Shown here piece after piece: positions 1-12,900 of a DNA stretch of 64,000 bases. The DNA is taken from positions 361,398,001-361,462,000 of the forward strand of contig OZ024740.1 in the NCBI GenBank assembly GCA_964016885.1, read 5' to 3'. Position 1 is the stretch's first letter, and each line of letters opens with the position of its first letter. This DNA is from Eledone cirrhosa (lineage: Eukaryota). Position numbers and translations under genes: made by a program. A model generated the notes under the pieces. It had not been told where the DNA came from and searched no databases. It saw only the letters and a list, made by a program, of their open reading frames with translations.

Positions 1-610
1 GTTTTGTAATCCAGAAGTCCACAGCTTCAATCCCTAGGTCGTGTGGGATGTTAGTGTACAGGCTTATTACATCAAAACTGACGAGGATTGTATCCTGGTG
101 TACTTTTTGGGGGATATAGTTAAGGAATTCCATATCATCTCTGATGTAGCTTGCAACTTTTTTACATAGGGGTTTGAGTATGATGTCTAATAGGTTGCTT
201 AGACGTTGTGTGCTTGAGGCTGGGCCAGCAATAATGGGGCGTAATTTTAAGTGTGTCGGTTTTGGTGTTTCGATGTATGATGTATTTTTCCCTTTTATGT
301 TGTTTTGGATTTCTATGGATTTGTGAATTTTTGGTAATCCATAGAAATTGCTGGTTTTCATTTCGAAGTTGGTTAGGTAATCTACTTCTTTCGGTGTTAG
401 GTTGTTTTGGTACTTTGTTGTTAGTTTGCCTATTTGGTTCCTCGATTTCCTTTCTTCGTTTTTAGTGATTTTCCTGTAGAAGTTTTCGTCATTCAAGTGT
501 GCTAGAACCATATCTTTGTAGTGGTTTGTGTCCATGATGACGATTGCTCCACCTTTGTCCGCTTCTTTTATCATTATTGAGGAATCCCTTTGTAGCTTGT
601 TCAATGCTAG
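1..610 (-). pseudogene. Penelope-like element (Poseidon/Neptune-type) reverse transcriptase fragment, runs off window
   Basis: Minus-strand translation gives IIKEADKGGAIVIMD, FYGLPKIHK, LRPIIAGP and LVSFDVISLYTNIPH, typical PLE RT motifs; frame disrupted, so absent from the ORF track. Confidence 0.85.
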
Positions 611-908
611 GGAAAAAAACCAAAAAAACCCCCCACCACACCACAGACATGCTAAATCCCTATATATAGAACAACACACCACATACACATCAGTTTGACA
701 AGCGCACCTCAGCGTGAAAGGTCGTTCTAAAAACGAAACAATACCTCCTACGTTAACCAAGAACTCCTAAGACCTAACTTAATTTATAAAATAATTTTTT
801 TTAAGAAAAATTTTTTTTTCTAATCCGGAAAAAAATTCTTTTTGGATTTTGTGAAGAAAATAAATTTGTTGAAAGCACAAGTGAAGCCATTTTTTCTCCC
901 CCCCTGTC

Positions 909-911
<3 letters not shown>

Positions 912-998
<87 letters not shown>
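912..998. repeat. (TA)n microsatellite, representative of more than 40 such tracts in the window
   Basis: Perfect TA run; similar tracts border most mobile elements here. Confidence 0.99.
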
Positions 999-1000
<2 letters not shown>

Positions 1001-1733
1001 TAATAATAATAAATTTGAAGACTAAAATCCAAAGAGGGCTCGATATATAAGAACCGTAGAGCAAATATTTATTAAAATAACAGATTAAAGTTTAAGCAAA
1101 GAATCGCTGTTTTCACCCTTAACGGGATCTTCTGAAACTAAAAAAATAAATCTGTGAACGCAGAAATAAATATTTCGAAAAACGTTGCAACCGAAGGAAG
1201 ACAGGAAGACGATACTTTGGTTCGTGGAGATGTTCCCTGGCAATGAACGGAAAAAAATGAAGATAATACGTTATTATTTGGAGGGGTGAGAACAATTACA
1301 CGCAAAGACAAAACCACGTTTATGGTATAAAGGAAGTCGTAGACTAATATTCTATGTAGGTGGTTCGTGGAGACATTTCCTGTCAATGAACGGGAAAAAA
1401 AAGCGAAGATAATACGTCATTATGTGGAGCGCTGAGAACAATTACACGCATTATATAAATGAAATCGTAGACTAAAATTCTATTTAGGAAACCGAATGAT
1501 TCTCGGCTATAGAGTTAAGAATAATGTAAATACATTACAGATGTAATTGAAATCAACAATAATTAAATATATACATGCACGCATCCATATACGTACATAC
1601 ATATGCATACGCGAAAACACCCGCCATGGGTATGCATATACAAGCATGTACACAAAAACACGAGCACACATACAAAAACCCATGCAACACCTGTACCCAC
1701 ACACGTAAATGTATACACCAAATACACATAAAC

Positions 1734-1764
<31 letters not shown>

Positions 1765-2420
1765 CGTGTATACATATAATTATATAAACGTATATAAATA
1801 TACACACACAAATACGTATATAATGCGCGCACACACATACCTACAGGTAAATACACATATGTTCACTAAACGTACATCAACCAAAACACAAAGTACACAT
1901 ATACACACACCCTACATACACACACAAACGCAAAATACATGTACACACATAACCATATACACATGTACCAGTATACATATAATATATACACCTATAACAA
2001 ATACAAGCAAATATACGTACAAGAAAGTATACGTACCTTCACAAAACATACAGGTAATATATACTTACCTATACAAATAAGTAATGGTATAAACATAAAA
2101 TATACTTATCTACCACATCAAGACGTAAATTATCCGCGTATTGTTCATACTATCCGTTAGGGTATAATGTGGGGCTATAATACAGGAAAGTTTTATGCAA
2201 TTTATGTTTACAAGCCGAAATTGCCTCAGATTTTTTTTTTAAGATGTAGTCATTGGCGTAAAGTATTTCCAGGGCTTCAGCCGCACAGAGGTCACATGGT
2301 CTTTTATTTCCGTTATACGATCTAGCCTTAGGTAGGATCTCCCAGTGTAACCTATATTGGGTGTGGTTGTCTTTTAGACTCCAGATATAAGCTGAAAGTG
2401 ACGTCATATTCCTTCTTAAA
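998..2420 (-). mobile_element. Naiad-type Penelope-like element, 3' part (GIY-YIG C-terminus plus long 3' UTR ending at (TA)n)
   Basis: ORF 2150-2464: TSLSAYIWSLKD...WEIL...CDLCAAE...SACKH; hammerhead-like motif near the 3' end; tandem ~140-bp duplication at 1218-1489 in the UTR. Confidence 0.75.
1089..1139 (-). ncRNA. Variant type I hammerhead ribozyme (core CAGAAGA)
   Basis: agttt-CAGAAGA-tcccgttaagggt-GAAA-...gc-TT-aaact; same motif at 47164-47210. Confidence 0.5.
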
Positions 2421-2460
2421 GGGTTAAGAAAAGAATGGGTATGCATATATATATATATAT

Positions 2461-2913
<453 letters not shown>

Positions 2914-3419
2914 CACACACACTCACATATATAGGGTTGTAAATACTAACGAAGGAAATTGGCAACCAAAACAATGTGTATTTATATTAAGAATTTGATT
3001 TAACCCCCTGCAGTTTCACAATGAAAACGTCATCATGTGAATTTTAGAGGTATTTTTGTCACAAAACTGCCAGTAGTGCAGAGTTAAGACAAACTGTTTA
3101 TATAAAGATATCTAATATACATATGTATGCAAAACGTAAACAAATAAACAACACAGGGAAACGATGCAGTACAATGTAGATGTATATTAATTTAACGCTA
3201 GATATAGTAGGAAAAGAGAATTAATGTTTCGAACGTTAATCCTTTATTTGAAAATAGAATGAGAGATAAGAGAAGAAATGGAATAATATTTTTTTCCTGT
3301 TTCTTCCCCCCTTCCTCTAATCTATCTATTCTCGGCAGAACTGTTCTGTTAGAGAATGGGTCGTAGATGGTGGATAGCGATATGGACACCAGATATGAGG
3401 GTTAGTCGAAATATAAGCG

Positions 3420-5010
3420 GGTTCCTGCTGGATGCATAAACCTGTGAGCCTCAGTGGGATACTACTAGGGAAGATGGAGCAATGGATGACACTTTTAACT
3501 CCCAAGAAAACTATCACAACCTAATGATGTAGCTACGACGAGGCAAGTAAGGCACCTCTAAAAAAGCCAAGTCTTTGCAATTCTGAGAAAAGTACCAAAT
3601 CAGTGACTGGTGCAGACCACCAAAAACTGCAATATGGTTAGATGCAATAAAAGCATTCATATTGCATAGTCATTTGCGGGGAGTAACAAAGGTTCAGGTT
3701 TTAGGTAGAGGGGCCTGTTTGAAAAGTATGCTGCAGTCTTCATCCAATGCTGCAAGAAATGGTGATGGACCTGTAACCTATCCTAGAAGTTGTGGGATAG
3801 AAGCACAAAGGTTACGTATGTCAAGACCTCAGAGAAGATTTGGAAGGGAGCAAACCTTAACAATTGGCAACTTGAATGTTACATGTAATGATCAGGAACT
3901 AGTGGAGGAGGCCAGATGTTACTTTCTAGATATAGTCAGGGTTTCCTCAACAACATTCCATGGCTCTTGTACTGTAGATTTGGTTGGATGATAGAAACTC
4001 CACTATTCAGGTATAGTGCCAAAAATGATTGTTAAGGTGGGAGTGAAGATACTTACAAGTCCCCGGCTGTCAGAATGTGTTGTGGACTGGATCCTATAGA
4101 GAGAGAGGACTCGCCTCTTGAAGCTTAGGCTGAAAGAAAGGTCTCTGTGAGTGGTGCAAGTTTATGCACCAAACAAAGAGTCCGAATACAGACCTTTCCT
4201 TGATGAAGTCACTGCAGCATTAGATGAACTTAAGACTAAGTCATAAATCCTGATGAGAGGCTTCAATGCACATGTTGGCATGGACCTACTGACATGGAAA
4301 GGAGTGATTAGAAGTAATGGCGATTCCTATCTAAATGTGAATGGTGAGGCCTTATTAGATTTCTTTTCCAGTAATGAGCTCTCTATTGTGAACACTTTCT
4401 TCCAACACAAAGACATCCATAAATACATATGGTATAAGGGAAATTGGGGACAGCGATCAATAATTCATTTTGTTATTGTCTCTGATTTCTTTGATTCAGA
4501 GCTGGACTTTTGTGTTAAGTGAGGGCCTGGGGTGTCAACTGATTATGCTCTAGTTACCTAAAGCCAAAAAAGCTCACAAAACTGGCTGGTCCAGCTTGAT
4601 CTACTAGATAAAGTGGGCAGCACTGGCAGATAAAGAAATTAGGAACAGGTTTGCAGATACTATCGCATCCAAATCCAGATAACTTCCTGAGCAAACTGTG
4701 GATGTTGAAACGGAGTGGAAACTGTTCAACTCAGCAGTTTCTGTTTCAGCTGTTAAATGCTGTGGGCAAAAGCTGCTTTGGTATGGTGCCAAGTGGCAGG
4801 AGGGCCCATTGATTCAATCAAGTGGTTAAAGATGCCATCCAAGCAAAGAAGGTGTCTTACATAGCTTGGCTTGTAAATAAGTCCTCCTTGCACTTGTGGT
4901 ACAAGCATGTGCAAAAAGTCGCAACAGAGACAGTATGGCATCCAAAGTTATGACATGGGAGGAGTTTGGGGTTAAGCTGTAATCTGATTTCACAAAGTGT
5001 TCTGGCAGAC
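3420..5010 (+). mobile_element. RTE-clade (Expander/Rex3-like) LINE, decayed 5' part with AP endonuclease
   Basis: TIGNLNV, QELVEEA, VVQVYAPN, GFNAHVG, NTFFQHKDIHKYIW, SIIHFVIVS motifs; many stops. Confidence 0.8.
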
Positions 5011-5462
5011 CTTCCCTTTTTCTGATGACTGAATGCTGGAGCTGGCCCCTTACTGCACCAGCTCCTGCAATTCTTACACTTAATTCAGCCTCCTGCCTTA
5101 CATCACTTGTGAAAATGCTCTCTAGATGCTTGAACTTCTCTGCCTGCTTCAGTGGAACTCCACTCACACAGAGTACACTGCAGCGGCTTCTCTGAGAGAA
5201 TAAGTGTCTCAGTCTGCACTGATTTTCATTCCTGCCATGAAGCACTCACAGCAAAACTATCAAGTGTATGTTGGAGATCACTTTCCGATGAATTAAATGA
5301 CATCATGTTATCTGCAAATTCCAGCTGACTGATCCTACACCCATCCATCTTGATACTACTTTCAACGAGGAGAGGTGACAGTATGCATCCTTGGTAGAGT
5401 CTGAAACCTATATTGAATAGTTTCGACTTAGCACCATTTATCTGAACATTCATATAGAGACT
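5011..5462 (-). mobile_element. Inverted RT fragment of the same Expander-like LINE family
   Basis: QGCILSPLL, LEFADN, EKFKHLE...QLQHSVIRKREG; homologous to 51760-52200. Confidence 0.8.
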
Positions 5463-6700
5463 TGTGGATGGGATCTTTATTTCTATGTTATCTATTGAGC
5501 CCCTGTATTCTAGTTTGGCATGTTGGTATAGTACTGATGAACTTTTATCCACCTTAAGTTCTTGCCAGTGTTTCTTTAATCTCTCTCCTATACTATGGGT
5601 CGTCTCTCCTATGTATGTCATTGTTTTGTTTATACATCGTCCCTCTGTGCATCTTATGTTATAGACTACATTTCTAGTTTTACAGTTTATCTATGGACTT
5701 ATCTTAAAGACTATACAGTTTCTATCAGTGCAGGGTTTTTTCCTAAAGGGGTATGTCCTACCAGTGAAGGCGCATGGCTTAGTGGTTAGAGCATTGAGCT
5801 TGCAATTGAGAGGTTGTGAGTTTGATTCTCAGACCGGGTGATGCGTTATGTCCTTGAGCAAGACACTTTATTTCACGTTGCTCCAGTTTACTCAGCTGAA
5901 GAAATGAGTTGCGATGTCACTGGTGCCAAGCTGTATTAGTCATTACTTTTCCTTTGGACAACATTGGTAGCGTGGAGAAGGGAGACTGGTATGCATGAGC
6001 GACTACTGGTCTTCCACAAAACCAACCTTGCCCAGGCTTGTGTCTTGGAGGAAAACTTTCTAGGTGCAAAACCATAGTCATTCGTGACCGAGTGGGGCCT
6101 TCAAATATCCTACTGATCTGGGATTTTATGGTAGCTCCTGGTTTTTCTACTACTTTAATCTTAAGGTTAATCTTTTCTACACTTCTTCTAAAACAATACA
6201 CTAGTTTGACTCTAGGGGTAGCATCGCCGAACATGACACTCTGGTATTTTTAGTTGTCATACTGTGAGTTGGCCTTTCCTATATTTTCCTAAGTCCTTTC
6301 TATGCTATTTCATGATTTTCTTCTGTATAGTGGGAAAATCCCATTCATATCATTCTCCATAATGGATTTGAATTTAGCCATGGCTCTTTTGTGGACCCTG
6401 ATACTGTTTCTTTGGTTATAACAAGAGAACTGCGTGCGGTGGATAAAGTGCTGTATGTGTCTCTTTAACTCTGTTGGATCACACATATGGAACATATTTC
6501 TTATCAACCTTACCAGATCCACTATCAAGATATTTAACTTAGCACTATTTGAGATAGCTAAATTCCAGTGGATCAGGTAATTGAAGGTCATAGATTTTGT
6601 ATAATGTGAATGGAGGATTTGGGCTTTATCGTTCCTAGTTTCCATCCAGAGTTCTGTGTCTAACACGGGTAATCTATGGTTGAGGTGTATCTTGCAGAAC
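5455..6700 (-). mobile_element. Neptune-like Penelope-like element fragment (RT thumb plus GIY-YIG), interrupted by a SINE
   Basis: LPVLDTELW...HSHYTKSM; KVVEKPGATIKSQIS; YIGETTHSIGERLKKHW...VLYQHA; homologous to 60364-60880. Confidence 0.8.
5766..6101 (+). mobile_element. Full-length tRNA-derived SINE (family A)
   Basis: A-box tggcttagtgg, B-box-like gtttgattc, core tccttgagcaagacactt; partial copies at 2461 and 14555. Confidence 0.8.
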
Positions 6701-6728
6701 AAATATATAAATGTATGTGTATATATAT

Positions 6729-9010
6729 ATCATCATCATCATCATCACCGTTTTACGTCCGTTCTTCCATGCTAGCATGGGTTAGACGGGTTGTCCTGTT
6801 GTGGGCAGTGTCTGGTCGGCTGAACATGCCTTGATCATACAGGAACTGATTTTGGCTTGATTTCTACAGCTGGATGCCTTTCCTAACACCAACCTCATTT
6901 ACAGTGAGTGCTGGATGCTTTTTTCCGTGGCGCCTACACGTCCACTTTACAGTGTGGGCTGGGTGCTTTTTTGCTGTGGCACCTCCACGACCACTTTGCA
7001 GTGAGAGGGTGTGGGGCATATTGTCTATATGCTTCAGCTTGTAGCCATGGGAGGTCGGGTACTCTGTATTACTGCGTGACGCCAGAGGTCACGGTCGTGT
7101 GTCATCGCCTTTGAGAGGTGTAATTGGGTAAGGTCGGCTTTTATCACCTCATCTCAGGTCTTCTTGGGTCTCCCCACTCCGCGGTTTCCATTGACTTCTA
7201 GTCCTCTGCACCTTTTTATGCAGCTGTCATCCTTTATACGCATCACATGTCCATACCAGCACAACCGCCTCTCCTGCACACAGTATTTGATTCTCTCTCT
7301 CAATTCATTTATGCTTTGCCGTTCGCGTATATTACTATTGCACATCCATCGGAGCATGCAGGCTTCGTTTCTTTCTAATCTACATAAGTCTTCCACCTTC
7401 AGCGCCCAGGTCTCACTACCATGTAACATTGCTGTTCGGATAGACGCATCATACAGTCTACCTTTCATTTTGAGGGAGAAGCCTTTTGCAGCTAGCAGTG
7501 GTAGTAGTTCCCTGAACTTCTTCCATCCTGTTCTTACCCTAGTTATTGTACTTTCTGAACACCCACCTCCGCTGCTAATTCGGTCACCTAGGTAGCAGAA
7601 GCTGTCTACTGTTTCTACAGAGCGCTCCCAGAGATTGGTGGTACTTGTTTCCTGTGGCTGTTTGTGCTTGCTGTACCAGCACAACTGCTACATGTGAAGC
7701 CTACATTCTTAATTAAGCTTTCTGAAATCTCGCTACATCTCTTGTGTACCCATTGTTTGCATTTGGGGCAGAGAATGGAGTTCCTACCTACACCTTTCCT
7801 ACATACTGAGCAAGGCCATTTCCCTGAGGGGATCTGGGTTCTGTTTTCTCGTCTACTTACAAGGACCTTAGTCTTTGTCATGTTGACTGACTTTGAGACC
7901 CTTTCTTTCTAGTCCCTGCTTCCAAGTTTGTAATTTCTTCTCTAGTTCTACCATAGATTCAGCTATAAGTGCGAGGTCATCTGCATACAGGAGTTCCCAT
8001 GGGCATCCGGTCTTAAACCCTCCATTATTGCCTGCAGGACTATGATGAACAGGAGAGGGCTAAGAACAGAACCCTGGTGGACACCAACCTGTACGCTAAA
8101 TTCCTCGCTATACTCATTGCTAATCCTAACTTTGCTGACTGCTCCCCTATACATGACTTGTACAGCTTTCACAAGCCATTCATCTACTCCTAGTTTTCTA
8201 AGAGCCCACCAGATCATAGCACGTGGAACTCTGTTAAAGGCTTTCTCGAGATCGACGAATGCCGGGTAGAGTGGCTTACTTTTAGCTAGGTACTTTTCCT
8301 GTAATTGCCTCACAAGGAAGAGGGCATCAGTGGTGCCTCTTCCTGGTACAAACCCAAATTGCATCTCATTTAGTTTCACCCGGTCTCTAATCAACTGTGC
8401 TATAACTCTTTCTGTTACTTTCATGACCTGGTCCACCAGCTTTATACCTCTATAGTTTCCTCTATCTAGTGCATCACCTTTACCTTTGTAGCAGTTGACA
8501 ATGATGCTACTGCACCAATCTTTTGGTATGACACCTTCTAGTATTACCTGGTTAACAACACATGTGGTTATAGTGTGACCTACAGACCCAGATGCCTACA
8601 GCATCGATGGACCGGTTGCCTTCCCCATCTTCATATCTTTGATTGCCTTACTTACTACGCTGCTGCTGACTTGTACTGCTGGCCCCTCTATAGGGTCTAC
8701 TTGGAGTAGGGTCTCTTCTTCCTATGCATTCTCCTTATTTAGTAATCTATCATAATGGCTCTTCCATGCATCTTTCTTCTCAGAACTTGTGAGAGCAAGC
8801 TCACCTTTATCATTCCAGATACACTTCTCTCCAATGACATCACAATTCTCTCTGACACACTGCCTCGCAATCTTGAACACCTCCTGTTTCTGGTCCTCAT
8901 TTTGCAAAACATGCTTGAATTTTCTATCCTCTGCTTCCCTCCTAGCTAAGTATACTTGTCGCCTAGCTTCCCTCTTGGTCTCTATGTAATGTACCCTGCT
9001 TCCCCCGTTC
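6729..9010 (-). mobile_element. RTE-clade LINE, frameshifted RT with PHD-like finger and (GAT)n tail
   Basis: ORFs 7963-8436 (QFGFVPGRGTTDA, FVDLEKAF, GVHQGSVLSP), 7615-7881 and 7154-7684 (FCYLG, WYGHV, GRPKKT); tail gacgtaaaacgg(tga)n abutting (TA)n. Confidence 0.93.
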
Positions 9011-9041
9011 TTATATATATATATGATGATGATGATGATGA

Positions 9042-9080
<39 letters not shown>

Positions 9081-9083
<3 letters not shown>

Positions 9084-11876
9084 TCATCATCATCATCATC
9101 AACGTTTAACGTCCGTGTTCCACGCTTGCATGGGTTTGGACGGGGGTATTCCCACTTGAGGCAAGAGTGATTGTCTTGCTCGCATAGGACTGTCTGGCAG
9201 GTTTTCTACAGTTGGATGCCCTTCCTAACACCAACCACATTTACAGTGTGGGTCTGGGAGGTTTTTACCGTGTTGCCTACACGGCCACATTACAGCGTGG
9301 ACTGTGTGTTTTTTGTCGTGACACCTACACGATCTCATTTGTTTCGGCCTGGATGGCGTGGTACCAACATAACTTTACATAGAAGGGGGTGGTGTGGATG
9401 GGGTGGGAGTGGTGGGACGGGGTGTATTTTGTTAGAGATGCCTACTGGCTGTAGTAGGTTTTACTATGTATTTAGGTAAGGCGGGTCTTCTCTGTTACTG
9501 AGTACCGCCAAAGGTCTCGGTCCAGTGACATTGTCTTGGAGAGGTGTAAGTGTGTGAGGTCGGAGTTTATCAGCTCGTCCCAGGTTTTTCTAGGTCTGCC
9601 TATTCCGTGGCTACCGTCTATCTTTATTGCCCTGCACTTTGTTATACAGCTATCGACTTTCATGCGCATCACGTGACCATACCAACGTAGCCTTCTCTCG
9701 AGTAAACAACATCTGATCCCTCTTATTTCTAATTTTTTCCTTAGTTCGTTTATGCTTTGCCGTTCACGTATATTACTGTTACACATCCAGCGGAGCATGC
9801 AAGCTTCGTTCCTCTCTAGTCTGCGTATATCCTCTGCACACAATGCCCAGGTCTCACTGCCATGCAACATTGCTGTTCGTATGCAGGCATCATACAACCT
9901 GCCTTTCATTTTTAGGGAGAACCCTTTAGCAGCTAATAGTGGCATAAGCTCTCTGAACTTTTTCCATCCAGTTCTGACTCTAGCTACTGTACTTTCTGAG
10001 CACCCTCCCCCACTGCTGATTTTGTCACCCAGGTAACGGAAGCTGTCCACTATTTCTATAGAGCCCTCTGCGCAGTTGTAAGAGCTAGTATTTTGTGGGC
10101 ACTTGCTGCTACTTATTGCACCAGAGCACCGGCCACATGTAAAATCTATGTTCTTAGTTAGCTTACCTGTGATCCCACTACATCTTTTCTGCACCCATAC
10201 TTTGCATTTGGGACATAAAATTGAGTTTCTACCTACGCCTTTCCTACACACTGAGCATGGCCATTTCCCAGAAGGGACCGCCGCCTTATTTTCTTTCCTA
10301 CAAACTAGAACTTTAGTCTTAGCCAGGCTAATTTTAAGGCCTTTTGATTCTAGGCCGTGCTTCCATGTTTGGAATTTCTTCTCTAGCTCGGCCATTGATT
10401 CAGCTGTGAGTGTCAGGTCGTCTGCGTATAGGAGTTCCCATGGGCAGCCGGTCTTGAACTCCTCTGTTATAGCCTGAAGGGCAATAATAAATAGTAGGGG
10501 CCTGAGAACAGAGCCCTGATGGACGCCAACTTTTACGCTAAACTCTTCACTATATTCGTTGTTAATTCTAACCTTGCTGACTGTTTCTTTATACATGGCT
10601 TGTATAGCTCTCACAAGCCATTCGTCAACACCTAGTTTTCTAAGAGCCCACCAGATAATGGAACGGGGGACTCTGTCGAAGGCTTTCTCCAAGTCGACAA
10701 AAGCTAAGTAGAGGGGTTTACCTTTAGCTAGGTACTTCTCCTGTAGTTGTCGTACAATGAAAAGAGCGTCTGTGGTACTTTTGCCTGACACAAACCCGAA
10801 CTGCATTTCATCTAGGTCAATTCTCTCTCTGATTAGTTGCGCTATTACTTTTTCCGTGACCTTCATGACCTGGTCGATTAGTTTAATGCCTCTATAGTTA
10901 CTCCTATCTAGGGCATCTCCTTTACCCTTATAACAGTTAACGATGATGCTGCTATGCCAGTCCTTCGGAACAACCCCATTCTGTACGACTTGGTTAACTA
11001 TCCAGGTGATCAGCAGGTTTGCTTTCAGAAATTCCCACTGTCCCTCTATATTGTCCGACTCTAGATGCTCTTCCTTACTTTCGAAAGCATCAAGTAATAT
11101 GCTTTGAAATTTATTTCTGGCTGTGGGGTCCTTTAGCTTCCATATTTTTCTCCTGAGGATAGTCCTCTTCTGCTGTCGAGTACGTCTCGTCCTGACTATG
11201 AGGTCGCTAATTATCAGTCTATGTTGGGAGGTGCATTCTTCATGGGGGAGGGATTTAGTGTTTACAACAGACACTCTGTCACGTCTTCTGGTAAGGATAT
11301 AATCTACCTGGCTTGTGTGTTCCCCGGATCTATAGGTGATCAGGTGATTGTCACGTTTTTTGAAGTTAGTGTTACAGATAGTTAGGTTATTTGCGTCACA
11401 GAATTCCAGGATTCTGGAGCCTTCCTCATTTCTAGTACCAAACCCATAGCCTCCATGGATTTCGTCGTAGCCGTCACGATGTTGTCCAACGTGACCATTT
11501 AGGTCGCCTGCAATAATTATATAGTCACTGTCGGTTATTTGGGAGGTAGTGAGCATCAGTGTCTCATAGAATCTGTCTTTTATAGTGCCGGGCAGTCCGG
11601 ATTGGGGTGCGTACGCAGATATTACTGTCACCGTAGTTCTATTGAGGACAAGTCGTATTTTAATTATTCTGTCGTTCACTCTATTTACGTCTATTATCTT
11701 ATCTGCCCACTTTTCTGCTACCATGATTCCTACTCCACCCAGCCCATCGTCGTTTCCCACCCAGAAAAGCTTATAACATCGTTTTTTACCCTCAATGAAT
11801 CTAGCAGACCCACCCCTCCACCTGGTCTCTTGAATACAACAAACATCGACCTCCTTACGTTCAAGCATTTCTACAA
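9081..11876 (-). mobile_element. RTE-clade LINE, young copy with an internal deletion between APE and RT; (GAT)n tail in (TA)n
   Basis: Contains the 825-aa ORF; 3' 1.1 kb nearly identical to 16713-17851. Confidence 0.95.
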
Positions 11877-11949
11877 GGAGGGCTGTTGGGAGGGCTGTTG
11901 GGTAGCTAGCTGGAAGGTTAGGATTGTATGAGGTTGTCGTATTTAACAA
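9472..11949 (-). CDS. RTE LINE ORF: AP endonuclease, reverse transcriptase and PHD-type finger (first ~23 aa from unrelated flank)
   Basis: CCIQETRW, SAYAPQ, GDLNGHVG, QVDYIL, SQHRL (APE); NYRGIKL, VDLEKAFDRV, QGSVL, LYADD, FRYLG (RT); linker deleted at LKANLL/ITWIV. Confidence 0.92.
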   Translation of the reverse strand: MLNTTTSYNPNLPASYPTALPTALLVEMLERKEVDVCCIQETRWRGGSARFIEGKKRCYKLFWVGNDDGLGGVGIMVAEKWADKIIDVNRVNDRIIKIRLVLNRTTVTVISAYAPQSGLPGTIKDRFYETLMLTTSQITDSDYIIIAGDLNGHVGQHRDGYDEIHGGYGFGTRNEEGSRILEFCDANNLTICNTNFKKRDNHLITYRSGEHTSQVDYILTRRRDRVSVVNTKSLPHEECTSQHRLIISDLIVRTRRTRQQKRTILRRKIWKLKDPTARNKFQSILLDAFESKEEHLESDNIEGQWEFLKANLLITWIVNQVVQNGVVPKDWHSSIIVNCYKGKGDALDRSNYRGIKLIDQVMKVTEKVIAQLIRERIDLDEMQFGFVSGKSTTDALFIVRQLQEKYLAKGKPLYLAFVDLEKAFDRVPRSIIWWALRKLGVDEWLVRAIQAMYKETVSKVRINNEYSEEFSVKVGVHQGSVLRPLLFIIALQAITEEFKTGCPWELLYADDLTLTAESMAELEKKFQTWKHGLESKGLKISLAKTKVLVCRKENKAAVPSGKWPCSVCRKGVGRNSILCPKCKVWVQKRCSGITGKLTKNIDFTCGRCSGAISSSKCPQNTSSYNCAEGSIEIVDSFRYLGDKISSGGGCSESTVARVRTGWKKFRELMPLLAAKGFSLKMKGRLYDACIRTAMLHGSETWALCAEDIRRLERNEACMLRWMCNSNIRERQSINELRKKLEIRGIRCCLLERRLRWYGHVMRMKVDSCITKCRAIKIDGSHGIGRPRKTWDELINSDLTHLHLSKTMSLDRDLWRYSVTEKTRLT

Positions 11950-12697
11950 GCGATTAACAAAAATACAAGATTTGTTCTGTTCAATACGACAAAAACTCTC
12001 GTATTTAACATAAATAACAAAAAATACAGATTTGTTTTAGGAAAACGTTCGCTACATTTAGGAATTTGCCAGATTGGATGTTTGGACTAGATACGAAATG
12101 GAAGTGTGGAGATGATAGAAAAATGTGTACATTACGATTACATGATATACCGTGGAAGAAACAGCGATGAATTGGCGAAAGTGATTTACTTGAAGGGAGT
12201 TTTTATCTTATATATATATATAGCTAAAAGAGAGAGAGGGGGAGAGAGAGAGAGAGAGAGAGAGATGGGGGGGGGGAGGGGTTGGCCGCATGATGTAGGT
12301 ATTGGGGTGGCTAACCGCAAGCCCTCGTGAAGTAGAGGGAGGGGGTCGAGAGATAGTAGAAGCGGGATTTTAGAGTTTTCGAAGTAGCACAATATATTTA
12401 AAGGAATTTATAAGAAGCAGAAGAAGGGAAGGATTTTGTTTTGTTTTGAAAATACGATAGAATTAAGGAATTAAAGGAATTAAGGTTGGTTAGAAGGTTA
12501 GGATTGTATGAGGTTGTCGTATTTAACAAGCGATTAACAAAAATACAAGATTTGTTCTGTTCAATACGACAAAAACTCTCGTATTTAACATAAATAACAA
12601 AAAATACAGATTTGTTTTAGGAAAACGTTCGCTACATTTAGGAATTTGCCAGATTGGATGTTTGGACTAGATACGAAATGGAAGTGTGGAGATGATA
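11913..12697. repeat. Apparently identical ~204-bp direct repeats (11913-12117, 12494-12697), period 581 bp
   Basis: gaaggttaggattgtatgagg...gtggagatgata occurs twice; second copy ends in (TA)n. Confidence 0.9.
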
Positions 12698-12712
12698 TAT
12701 ATATATATATAT

Positions 12713-12900
12713 ATCATCATCACCATTAATGTCTATTTTTTATGCTTGGATGGGTTAGACACACTACCATGTTATGAGGCTAGACAGGTTAGGTGACATT
12801 TTAGTCATATGTTCCATTTTGGGCTTAGATTTCTACAGCTGGATGCTTTTCCTAATGCAAAGCACTTTACAGAGTTGACTGGGTGATTTTTGTTGTGGCA
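12713..12900 (-). mobile_element. Old RTE 3' tail fragment
   Basis: catcatcacc...tttctacagctggatgct, homologous to other RTE tails. Confidence 0.6.

Noticed and set aside
3003-3040. Hammerhead-like ATGATGA...GAAActgcag on the minus strand
   Set aside because: Core altered, no NUH and no convincing stems; at best a dead remnant.
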